A stretch of 36,121 nucleotides of DNA, taken from positions 1-36,121 of the forward strand of contig NW_021835854.1 of the NCBI RefSeq assembly GCF_006345805.1, in the 5' to 3' direction. This document shows positions 24,836-36,020 of the stretch, one piece after another. The notes under the pieces were generated by a model. That model saw only the letters and a list, made by a program, of their open reading frames with translations, ran no database searches and was not told the DNA's origin. The stretch is from Octopus sinensis (lineage: Eukaryota). How positions within the stretch are numbered: position 1 is the first letter of the stretch; every line of letters begins with the position of its first letter. A program made the translations under genes and the position numbers.

Positions 24836-26094
24836 TTTTTTATTACCCATACAGGCTACATAAAAGTGCCTTACAATACAAAAAGACAATACAAAACAAA
24901 CACGGGGAACTAAAAATTACAAAAACGAAATTGAGTAAAGAAGAAAAAGAAAAGAAACGAATGAAATTATGAAAGAATGATAAAAATGGAGCGCAATGAC
25001 CACTCGAACTTGAAGTCGAGTGATTACATTTTTTTTTTTACGGTTTTTCCCAATTTTTTGACCAAAATGTTCACATCCCCGTCATCTTTTTTTTTATACT
25101 ATTTATATCACCATTCTTGTTAGTTCTTAATACTCTCTGCAGATGGCGGAGCATCACGCAACTATATCCTGTCCACCATACTTACCGATCCACCGAATGT
25201 ATCCACAAATCTATCAAACCTTTCGTCTTGCACCACAGTTCCTCTATCATGTCCGTCAAACTCCTCTCTCGATAACTTCGCCCTCATGGGATTAGCTCTA
25301 TATCTTCAATTGTGGCACAAAACTACATCCTGACCCCGAATCCCCACCAGTTTAACATTTTTCTGTCTCCTATCAGTCCCAGTTCCGGATTGACTTCAGT
25401 GGCAGCCATAATAGTTTCCACCAACCACTCTGTTTTGATTTCGGGTGGCACTCACTCTACTCTGACTCGAACACTGCGCCTTCCCCTATACGCGGGTAAC
25501 AGTGCTACATTGCTCGACCTAAAAATGGTGGTGGAATGTGAGGCCGCCTCTTCTTTGGTAGCAAACCTCGTCTCCTTGGTGCCGTATCTTCTTCCTCTGC
25601 TAATAAAAGTAGCCTTGTTCGTTATGTTTCCTTGTCACTCCTCAATATCTTCCTCTGACAATTTTTCTATCTTGCTGGTGACGACCGCTTCTGTGCGATA
25701 CTCTACCGTCCTGTCACTCTTATCTTTCACTGTCTCCTGCGGAGGGCCCAGCTTGATAGTGTCTCCTTCCTTCTGCACAAGTTGTTCACTTTTTAAAATT
25801 TGTTCCATGTCACCTTTTATTTGCCTTGCTTCTAACAGAATAGCTCTTTTCGCCGCAGCCGTCTTTGCATAGCTTTCTATGCTGGAAAAGCTAAGTTATG
25901 TTTTCTCACCCACAATGGAGAGAAAAAGAGCAAAAAACAATAATAGTAGCAAATACCAAATACGCGTAGGTCGCTTCAACAATAATAAATCCAACACTAA
26001 TATCAACAGGAAGTCTTGAAAACACAAAACTTCCTCTATCGTACTGTGGTCAAAGATGACTAATTCAAACAACTCTCATCCGCCGGCTGACCTC
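24836..26094 (-). mobile_element. L1/Tx1-like element D: ~1.26 kb, 5' GAGGTCAG, ORF1, no APE or RT, T-rich 3'UTR with AATAAA
   Basis: ORF1 homology (FISRGRRYG...LLPAYRGRRSVRVRV..VPPEIKTEWLV); AATAAA at 24844-24839 abuts the 5' end of element E. Confidence 0.65.
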
Positions 26095-26644
26095 TGCCAC
26101 GCGTTCCATCACTCATTTGAATTGTCCGCCTCTCAGTAAAAGCGTACAAAAGAACGTTTAACATGCTTTAAATCAGCCGCACGATCCACGAACATTATTT
26201 CTCATTAGATTGACTTATAGATCCGTCGCTGGTTTTCTACAGTAGAACTAGAGAACAGTATTTCGATTAGTACCATTTAGAATTATATTTATCAGAATAT
26301 TTTTCCATTTTATACTCTCCTTCATAACAACAATACTTGCAACACGTTATGCTAACAGTTTTCCTTCTCGCCGTTCCCTGAATATTGCCATAATGAGTTT
26401 TGATGTAATAAACTAGCATCATCAAAGTTCAGATATTGTAAATTATAGATTCCATTTCAGTCAGCATGTACAATGGACCAGTCTATCTGACTTCACAGCA
26501 GTTAACATATTTGCCCTTTTTACTCCAACATAAGATCACGTTTTAAAGCTGAGATCAAAAACATAATGTATTAGTTAAGAACATTACCAACGGGAATTTA
26601 AAGCATTGAATGTGGAAACTATATAGAAATGGTCTAATACTTAC

Positions 26645-26826
26645 AAATATTCAACATTCGGTGGAATGGGTTGCGGGATCGAAGTCAGTCCCCGAGATGA
26701 ACAATCTATATTTGTCTGAGAATGGTCACATGAGCATATGCTGCAAATGTCTGATGTAGCATGAGACTCCAAAGAGAAACTCATAGAGAGTATCAACACA
26801 AACGTCAATTTCAATTGTTGGAACAT
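26645..26826 (-). CDS. First coding exon of an extracellular LRR protein: signal peptide + LRRNT cap (MFQQLKLTFVLILSMSFSLESHATSDICSICSCDHSQTNIDCSSRGLTSIPQPIPPNVEY-L)
   Basis: Hydrophobic N-terminus followed by a CxxCxC...C..RGLTSIPxxIP LRRNT motif. Phase-2 donor TT|gtaagt at 26644. Upstream acceptor ttttcttcttttacag| at 26847 leaves 20 nt of 5'UTR in this exon, so a non-coding exon lies further upstream. Confidence 0.9.
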
Positions 26827-27346
26827 ATTTTCAGGGGTTGATTAATCTGTAAAAGAAGAAAATACAAAATACCAGAAACTTCAATGTCAATTCTTTCCCA
26901 TTGCAAATTCTTCGTAGGACAAGATTTGGCCCCTGTTCCATGAGATGACTTTATCTTTGATTTCACTTTCAGTTTAATATTTAAACTTACGAAACTGAAT
27001 TCAATGATAATTCAATGTGGTGAACATAAATCATTGAGAGATAACGTCGAAGATAAACTGAACATCAGTCGCCCCTGCATACACATGCACACACAAATAC
27101 ACACACACACACCACACACACACACACAGACACACACACGCACTATTATATGTGTGTGAGTGCATATGCATGTGTTTGATGTTCTTTCGGTTTTTTTGTT
27201 TTCCTTTCAATCAACATTTCGTCTCTCTTCAGATTCCATGGAGATATTTTGTGGAGGTGCAACACCTAATAACTCCCTATCAATAGCCTCACACTCACCT
27301 TTCTACCCCAATTAAAGGAAACCGAAGCGACCTCTGTTGATAACAC

Positions 27347-27600
27347 CACAACCACAACAACGCCATGAACGGTTGAGGGCCCCTACGCCACAATATCGGC
27401 GCCAGAATTGTTTGCTCAGTGCTTCCACGGAAGAGCAAGCTCTTCCCAACTTGCCTGCTACCCGAACCAACAACAACGACGCCACGAACGGCTGAGGACC
27501 CCAACACCTCAACATCGGAACTGGAAATGTTTGATCTCTGCTTCCTCGGAAGAGCAAGCTCTTCCCAATTTTGCCTGCTCTCCAAACCAACAACAATGCA
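27347..27600. repeat. Diverged ~119-bp direct duplication, each copy carrying GGAAGAGC-AA-GCTCTTCC
   Basis: Motif at 27429-27446 and 27548-27565. Confidence 0.8.
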
Positions 27601-27689
27601 CTAATTTTTTTTTCGACAAAACCTCATCATCTAACACTGATTCCTTGGTGGTGGTGATGGTGGTGATGATGGTGGTGGTCGTCGTCGTG

Positions 27690-28250
27690 GTTGTCGTAGT
27701 GGTACTGGACGTGAATAACAACGGGATTAGCGCCTTCAGAATAGTGACTGTTTATACCCTGACAGGGGATGGAAGGACATATTTCTTTAGAGGTCAATAG
27801 AATTTGACGGACGGAAGGACTGTGTAAAGCCAGCACATTTCAAGGTAGGTGTGAAGTCACGAAAACCTTAGAAATTTCCAGCAGTCTGACAGGTATCGAC
27901 TGGATTACCCTCTGCGTGTCGGCCTAGGCATGCTCTGGCTGTTGGTGCTCAGACACGCGTTGAGGTTGCGACACCTGCAACGATTTCTTGACGGAGAAAG
28001 TGTGTCAGCACCGTTTGTGAGGCACGTTTTCCCACAGTTCGTTTCCTTGGCAGGGTTGCAGTCCTGGGGGAAGGAAAGCCCTAAATTCTCTGCCGGGCAC
28101 CTAGTGTCGTCGGATGTACGCAGCCCTCAACTAGTCGAACACGCATTTGTTGAGTGTCCGAGCATGATAATGAAGAAAGGACCACCAACGGCTGGCATCA
28201 CTGTAACGATTGAGTTGGTTATGTTCCACTGTGATTGACACATGGGAAAA
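27690..28250 (+). mobile_element. L1/Tx1-like ORF2 remnant (APE piece joined to post-RT piece)
   Basis: VVLDVNNNGISAFRIVTVYT...GRTYFFR and GLGMLWLLVLRHALRLRHLQRFLDGE (paralog of about 21330-21400). Confidence 0.7.
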
Positions 28251-28259
28251 CCTTTTTTG

Positions 28260-29150
28260 TCTTCAGGGATGTCTCAAAAGATAATGAAGTGTCAGACTAT
28301 CGACAAATAACATATTTACCAATCATGTGGGAACTATAGACATTTTTAGATTATGAAAGATTTTATCAGATGACAAGAAGGGATGTAAATGTAGGTCAAG
28401 TGGGATAACCAATGAGGTTTTGATAGTCAATATGATATTAAGGAACTGCAGAAGAAGGTTAACGGGACTAGGAATAGCCTGCCTCGATTACAAAAAGACC
28501 TATGATATGGTGTCTCACAGCTGGATAGGGAAATACATGGGGTTACTTGGAGTGGCAGTAAGTGTACAAAAACTGTTAAAAAGAAATATGACAGCCTGGA
28601 AACCGGGGTTAACATCTGCGGGAAGGTCATTTGATACAGGGAAAATCTGAAGAGGGATATTTCATGAATATAATCTCTCACCACTCTTGTTTGTGTAAAT
28701 ACTAATACCTCTGTCGATGGTTTTGAGAAATGGTAAATTTGGATATAATTTTGGAAATGGAGTGGAAGAGGTTAACCACCTACAATACATGGACGATGAA
28801 AAGCTTTAGAGGAAAAATGAAGATGGACTTGGCACATTTGTGATCACAGTAAGCATTTTCGTAATAACATTCGCATGGAATTTGGTATGCAGAAATGTAT
28901 TATTTGATATTGAAGAGGTGGTGAGATAAAATGGAATCAAAGACTTAAAGTTAAATAATCAGTCAAAATTTAGGCGAAGTGAGCGATAAAGGTATCTGGG
29001 AATTTTGGAGTCAGATATCAACAACAGAAGCGAAATGAAAGAAACCATTTCGAAGGAGTACTGGAAGATCAGGTTGATACTGAAATTTAAGTTAAATTCT
29101 AGAAAAATTGTAAAAGTAATGAATTCAAGGGCTGTTTCAATTGCAAGAGG
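28260..29150 (+). mobile_element. R4/Dong-like reverse transcriptase remnant
   Basis: DYRQITYLPIMW, CLDYKKTYDMVSHSWI, LSPLLFV, NHLQYMDD, MEFGMQKC. Confidence 0.8.
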
Positions 29151-29225
29151 ATTGAGATGTCATTTTCAAGCACTGGAGGTCGTTTGTGTTCCCACCTGCT
29201 TTTTTCATGGGGCAATTTTTTTTTA

Positions 29226-29313
<88 letters not shown>

Positions 29314-29337
29314 CCACCACCACCACCACCACCACCA

Positions 29338-29394
<57 letters not shown>

Positions 29395-29439
29395 TATTAT
29401 TATATATTATCATCATTATTATTATCATTATTATTATTA

Positions 29440-29489
<50 letters not shown>

Positions 29490-29507
29490 TATTATTATTA
29501 CTATTAC

Positions 29508-29555
<48 letters not shown>

Positions 29556-29564
29556 TACTATTAC

Positions 29565-29603
<39 letters not shown>

Positions 29604-29689
29604 CATCATCATCATCAAGATATGGATTTAAGCATTTCTTTTGTAGTTTTTTTTTTTTGTTTCAGCCCAACACTCTTTTGCACTGGACT

Positions 29690-29935
29690 CTCACAAACTA
29701 AGCCTTCGCAACACAGGCACTAACGCCTAAACATATAAGAACGGAGCATCTTCGGGTGAGCAAGTTTAATACTGAAAGTGTCTGATACGTTGAATCAGAG
29801 CAGCGAGGTGATGCCGCTGGGCATTGTGGTGACCCAGCTCCTGAAGACGGGAACGATCAGACAGGTAGCGAGGACTTACCCTGTCAAATGCTTTAGGCTG
29901 ATTGAAATTGCCAAAACCAGATCTAGTCTCGATTC
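29690..29935 (-). mobile_element. L1/Tx1-like RT fragment
   Basis: NFNQPKAFDRVSPRYL...PFLYV*ALVPVLRRL. Confidence 0.55.
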
Positions 29936-29984
29936 ACTTACATTACGTTTACATTACGTTTACATTACCTTTAAGGAAAATAAA

Positions 29985-30580
29985 TTATGTTGCAGTGTAC
30001 CTATATACTGTGATCCTCAATTGGGCAGGGACGAATGGCCCGTGATCCCAGCCTTGGATAAACCTTGAAACTTATGTTCAGGTCATTTGGGCAAAGTTGG
30101 TGGTATATTATCCACATCGTACAAATGATGTACCGCTCGCGGCGACGCTGGAGAGAGTAGAGTTTCAAGGCTTTAAGGCGGTCCCAATAATCGAGAGCAG
30201 TCATGCCTTCATTTCTTTTAGTGAGTGCCCTCTGGGGTGATTCAATCCTCTTGTATGAGGAGACCACAGTGGGCAGCAGTATTCGAGGTGTGGCCGTACA
30301 AAGGAGGAGCAAAGTCGTATGATTACACCGTGTTCTCTGGACCGGAAGGTACTTAAGATCCAGGAACTCATCCTACGAGCTATATCGACATTATTGTTGA
30401 TGTGTGCACTCCAACTGAGATCGTCATCAACAATTACACCCAGGTCTCTGATATTGTTAGAGGCTGTGAGCGGTTCCGCTGAAGGAAGAGAATATGGCTG
30501 TTTTCGCGTGGACTTTCTCCCAAAATGCATCAGCTCAAATTTTCCCTCGTTCTGTTGCATTTTGTTTTTGTCTGCCCATT
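29985..30580 (-). mobile_element. CR1-clade LINE, 3' part of RT
   Basis: [66 protein letters not shown]. Confidence 0.9.
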
Positions 30581-30680
30581 GACTCACAGCATATATATAT
30601 ATAAGTATATAGTCATGTATACACACACAAACACACACATATATATTATATATATATTTATTATATATATATATATATAT

Positions 30681-30711
<31 letters not shown>

Positions 30712-30849
30712 CATATATATACATGCATATATCCATGTATATATACATCTATATATATAGTTATATATATATATATATATGTGTATGTGTAAATATATAT
30801 TTATATATAAGAATATATATTTGCATATATATTTTTATGTATGTATTTG

Positions 30850-31240
30850 TTTTGCTTGTTTCAGCTTAGAGCTGCGGCCATGCTGATGCACCGCCGTTTT
30901 GTGCTACACTGTTATTACGAAGAGCCTCCTCTAATATGTGACACTTGGTGAAGAATGGAGTTTGATATAGCTTCTCTCATTTGCACCTCTGCCGTGAGGT
31001 AGGTTCATCTGGGACTCTCGACAGGAAGATGTCCAGCTTTGATTTAAAAACCGCTACATCTACTTTGTGCAAGTTCCTCAGACTCTTTGGGAGAATATTA
31101 AAAAGCTGTGGGCCCCTGAAACCCAGGCTGTTGCAGAAGCTGGTCCTGAAGCGTGATGGCATTGCTGGGATCTTTGGCACTATGCAGTGTTGTCCCGTTC
31201 TAGCATTGGTGTCGAGCAAAAACAACACTATTTCTTAAAA
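30850..31240 (-). mobile_element. CR1-clade LINE extreme 3' end with 3'UTR
   Basis: NSLGFRGPQLFNILPKSLRNL...FKSKLDIFLSRVPDEP followed by a short UTR. Confidence 0.8.
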
Positions 31241-31265
31241 TAAAAATGACTTATCTTATTCAATA

Positions 31266-31524
31266 AATGCCAGATACGCCGAAACAAAAAATTGTCGATA
31301 ACCATTAAATTTATGCGTCTCGAAATAAACCGATAGAAATCTCTAAAAAATTCATTTATATCTCGCGAATGTGCCGCTGAAGAGAGGAAAATTTCTTGTG
31401 AATTAACCCCGAAATTGGACCAATATGGTAATAACGAATTTTTTAGAGATTTCTATCGGTTTATTTCGAGAGGCATAAATTTAATGGTTATCGACAATTT
31501 TTTTTTTTCGGCGTATCTGGCATT
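31266..31524. repeat. Inverted repeat, arms 31266-31353 and 31436-31524 (88/89 bp), 82-bp spacer
   Basis: The arms differ only at one substitution and in the A-run. Confidence 0.95.
31372..31430 (+). ncRNA. Type I hammerhead ribozyme motif, AUA site (predicted cut 31425/31426), in the inverted-repeat spacer
   Basis: UGCCG-CUGAAGA-GAGG...CCCC-GAAA-UUGGACCAA-UA-UGGUA; one A.C mismatch in stem II and two G.U pairs in stem I. Confidence 0.7.
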
Positions 31525-31642
31525 CGAATTTTTCTTCTGCCCTTTTCTTGTAAATTATGTATAAATTTTACCTTTAAAGGCATTTTTTGATATGCTGACC
31601 ATTGATAAAAAATTTTTCGCGAAACAAATTTTATCCTATATC

Positions 31643-31671
<29 letters not shown>

Positions 31672-31678
<7 letters not shown>

Positions 31679-34600
31679 TATAATTAAGGGCTAAAGAGGG
31701 TTATTCTAAAGCCAAATACACTGTTTTATCCACTTATAATCCGCTTGTTACAGGAAAATTGAAACTGAAAACGGGCAACTAACCTTTAGAAAATTTAAAT
31801 TTCGTTATCTCTATATTGAATCAATTTCGGACTTAATCTTATAAAAAAGATATATTCCTTCTTCAGTAGAACTTTCGATGGATATAAATAAAATACTCAC
31901 GTATGATCATGGAAAAAGCACAAGCTAAAAACATAACTACACTTGAGTACATCACTTATATCTAAAAATAAAAATTCTTTGGTCAGCCTCAGAAAACAAC
32001 GTCCAGACCTTTCGCGCCGCTACAAATTGTATGTTTACCAGTCCTCCTGTAGCAAGCATCGAGTTTACTACTAAGCAATATAGGATGAAGTCCCTTACTC
32101 TACAGCAAAGGAATTCATCAGGAAGCGTGGGCAGTATATTAAAAAAACCGTTACGGTTGCAATATACATCATATAATTAAGGGCTAAAGAGGGTTATTCT
32201 AAAGCCAAATACACTGTTTTATCCACTTATAATCCGCTTGTTACAGGAAAATTGAAACTGAAAACGGCAACTAACCTTTAGAAAATTTAAATTTCGTTAT
32301 CTCTATATTGAATCAATTTCGGACTTAATCTTATAAAAAAGATATATCCTTCTTCAGTAGAACTTTCGATGGGATATAAATAAAATACTCACGTATGATC
32401 ATGGAAAAAGCACAAGCTAAAAACATAACTACACTTGAGTACATCACTTATATCTAAAAATAAAAATTCTTTGGTCAGCCTCAGAAAACAACGTCCAGAC
32501 CTTTCGCCGCTACAAATTGTAATGGTTACCAGTCCTCCTGTAGCAAGCATCGAGTTTACTACTAAGCAATATAGGATGAAGTCCCTTACTCTACAGCAAA
32601 GGAATTCATCAGGAAGCGTGGGCAGTATATTTAAAAAAAACCGTTACGGTTGCAATATACATCATATAATTAAGGGCTAAAGAGGGTTATTCTAAAGCCA
32701 ATACACTGTTTTATCCACTTATAATCCGCTTGTTACAGAAAATTGAAACTGAAAACGGGCAACTAACCTTTAGAAAATTTAAATTTCGTTATCTCTATAT
32801 TGAATCAATTTCGGACTTAATCTTATAAAAAAGATATATTCCTTCTTCAGTAGAACTTTCGATGGGATATAAATAAAATACTCACGTATGATCATGGAAA
32901 AAGCACAAGCTAAAAACATAACTACACTTGAGTACATCACTTATATCTAAAAATAAAAATTCTTTGGTCAGCCTCAGAAAACAACGTCCAGACCTTTCGC
33001 GCGCTACAAATTGTAATGGTTACCAGTCCTCCTGTAGCAAGCATCGAGTTTACTACTAAGCAATATAGGATGAAGTCCCTTACTCTACAGAAAAAGGAAT
33101 TCATCAGGAAGCGTGGGCAGTATATTTAAAAAAAACCGTTACGGTTGCAATATACATCATATAATTAAGGGCTAAAGAGGGTTATTCTAAAGCCAATACA
33201 CTGTTTTATCCACTTATAATCCGCTTGTTACAGAAAATTGAAACTGAAAACGGGCAACTAACCTTTAGAAAATTTAAATTTCGTTATCTCTATATTGAAT
33301 CAATTTCGGACTTAATCTTATAAAAAAAGATATATTCCTTTCTTCTTCAGTAGAACTTTCGATGGGATATAAATAAAATACTCACGTATGATCATGGAAA
33401 AAGCACAAGCTAAAAACATAACTACACTTGAGTACATCATTATATCTAAAAATAAAAATTCTTTGGTGAGCCTCAGAAAACAACGTCCAGACCTTTCGCC
33501 GCTACAAATTGTAATGGTTACCAGTCCTCCTGTAGCAAGCATCGAGTTTACTACTAAGCAATATAGGATGAAGTCCCTTACTCTACAGCAAAGGAATTCA
33601 TCAGGAAGCGTGGGCAGTATATTTAAAAAAACCGTTACGGTTGCAATATACATCATATAATTAAGGGCTAAAGAGGGTTATTCTAAAGCCAAATACACTG
33701 TTTTTATCCACTTATAATCCGCTTGTTACAGGAAAATTGAAACTGAAAACGGGCAACTAACCTTTAGAAAATTTAATTTCGTTATCTCTATATTGAATCA
33801 ATTTCGGACTTAATCTTATAAAAAAAGATATATTCCTTCTTCAGTAGAACTTTCGATGGGATATAAATAAAATACTCACGTATGATCATGGAAAAAGCAC
33901 AAGCTAAAACATAACTAACTTGAGTACATCACTTATATCTAAAAATAAAAATTCTTTGGTCAGCCTCAGAAAACAACGTCCAGACCTTTCGCCGCTACAA
34001 TTGTAATGGTTACCAGTCCTCCTGTAGCAAGCATCGAGTTTACTACTAAGCAATAAGGATGAAGTCCCTTACTCTACAGCAAAGGAATTCATCAGGAAGC
34101 GTGGGCAGTATATTTAAAAAAAACCGTTACGGTTGCAATATACATCATATAATTAAGGGCTAAAGAGGGTTATTCTAAAGCCAAATACACTGTTTTATCC
34201 ACTTATAATCCGCTTGTTACAGGAAAATTGAAACTGAAAACGGGCAACTAACCTTTAGAAAATTTAAATTTCGTTATCTCTATATTGAATCAATTTCGGA
34301 CTTAATCTTATAAAAAAGATATATTCCTTCTTCAGTAGAAATTTCGATGGGATATAAATAAAATACTCACGTATGATCATGGAAAAAGCACAAGCTAAAA
34401 ACATAACTACACTTGAGTACATCATTTATATCTAAAAATAAAAATTCTTTGGTCCCTCAGAAAACAACGTCCAGACCTTTCGCCGCTACAAATTGTAATG
34501 GTTACCAGTCCTCCTGTAGCAAGCATCGAGTTTACTACTAAGCAATATAGGATGAAGTCCCTTACTCTACAGCAAAGGAATTCATCAGGAAGCGTGGGCA

Positions 34601-35989
34601 GTATATTTAAAAAACCGTTACGGTTGCAATATACATCATATAATTAAGGGCTAAAGAGGGTTATTCTAAAGCCAAATACACTGTTTTATCCACTTATAAC
34701 CCGCTTGTTACAGGAAAATTGAAACTGAAAACGGCAACTAACCTTTAGAAAATTTAAATTTCGTTTCTCTCTATATTGAATCAATTTCGGACTTAATCTT
34801 ATAAAAAAAGATATATTCCTTCTTCAGTAAAGAACTTTCGATGGGATATAAATAAAATACTCACGTATGATCATGGAAAAAGCACAAGCTAAAAACATAA
34901 CTACACTTGAGTACATCACTTATATCTAAAAAAAAAATTCTTTGGTCAGCCTCAGAACAACGTCCAGACCTTTCGCCGCTACAAATTGTAATGGTTACCA
35001 GTCCTCCTGTAGCAAGCATCGAGTTTACTACTAAGCAATATAGGATGAAGTCCCTTACTCTACAGCAAAGGAATTCATCAGGAAGCGTGGCAGTATATTT
35101 AAAAAAAACCGTTACGGTTGCAATATACATCGTATAATTAAGGGTTAAAGAGGGTTATTCTAAAGCCAAATACACTGTTTTATCCACTTATAATCCTCTT
35201 GTTACAGGAAAATTGAAACTGAAAACGGGCAACTAACCTTTAGAAAATTTAAATTTCGTTATCTCTATATTGAATCAATTTCGGACTTAATCTTATAAAA
35301 AAAGATATATTCCTTCTTCAGTAGAACTTTCGATGATGGATATAAATAAAATACTCACGTATGATCATGGAAAAAGCACAAGCTAAAAACATAACTACAC
35401 TTGAGTACATCACTTATATCTAAAAATAAAAATTCTTTGGTCAGCCTCAGAAAACACGTCCAGACCTTTCGCCGCTACAAATTGTAATGGTTACCAGTCC
35501 TCCTGTAGCAAGCATCGAGTTTACTACTAGCAATATAGGATGAAGTCCCTTACTCTACAGCAAAGGAATTCATCAGGAAGCGTGGGCAGTATATTTAAAA
35601 AAACCGTTACGGTTGCAATATACATCATATAATTAAGGGCTAAAGAGGGTTTTCTAAAGCCAATACACTGTTTTATCCACTTATAATCCGCTTGTTACAG
35701 GAAAATTGAAACTGAAAACGGGCAACTAACCTTTAGAAAATTTAAATTTCGTTATCTCTATATTGAATCAATTTCGGACTTAATCTTATAAAAAAAGATA
35801 TATTCCTTCTTCAGTAGAACTTTCGATGGGATATAAATAAAATACTCACGTATGATCATGGAAAAAGCACAAGCTAAAAACATAACTACACTTGAGTACA
35901 TCACTTATATCTAAAAATAAAAATTCTTTGGTCAGCCTCAGAAAACAATGTCCAGACCTTTCGCCGCTACAAATTGTAATGGTTACCAG

Positions 35990-35990
<1 letters not shown>
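31672..35990 (-). repeat. Tandem array of ~494-bp units (periods 491-496, ~8.7 copies), each carrying a hammerhead motif: putative non-LTR retrozyme
   Basis: Marker taattaaggg at 31681, 32174, 32667, 33162, 33658, 34150, 34641, 35135, 35630; (TA)n on both flanks. Confidence 0.9.
31809..31871 (-). ncRNA. Type I hammerhead ribozyme, copy 1 of 9 (others 32301-32362, 32793-32855, 33288-33355, 33786-33849, 34278-34340, 34769-34834, 35263-35326, 35756-35819)
   Basis: UUCUA-CUGAAGA-A-GGA...UCC-GAAA-UUGAUUCAA-UA-UAGAG; predicted cut between 31814 and 31813. Confidence 0.8.

Positions 35991-36020
<30 letters not shown>

Larger units (their letters stand above)
29230..30845. repeat. Compound (ATT)/(CAT)/(CAC) microsatellite 29230-29617 and (TA)-rich tract about 30590-30845
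   Basis: Directly visible. Confidence 0.95.

Noticed and set aside
31590-31630. FREKFFIN (minus strand) as a PLE GIY-YIG C-terminus next to the inverted repeat
   Set aside because: Only a few residues resemble EAFFINK; too short to call.
32107-32130. Second CUGAUGA on the minus strand of each array unit as another hammerhead
   Set aside because: It is part of a simple hairpin (GAUGAAUUCC/GGGACUUCAUC); the downstream CGAAAG gives no valid stem III-NUH-stem I arrangement.
32435-35137. 76-112 aa ORFs in the tandem array
   Set aside because: No recognisable domain, and the frames open and close with unit indels; the RNA-structure explanation fits better.
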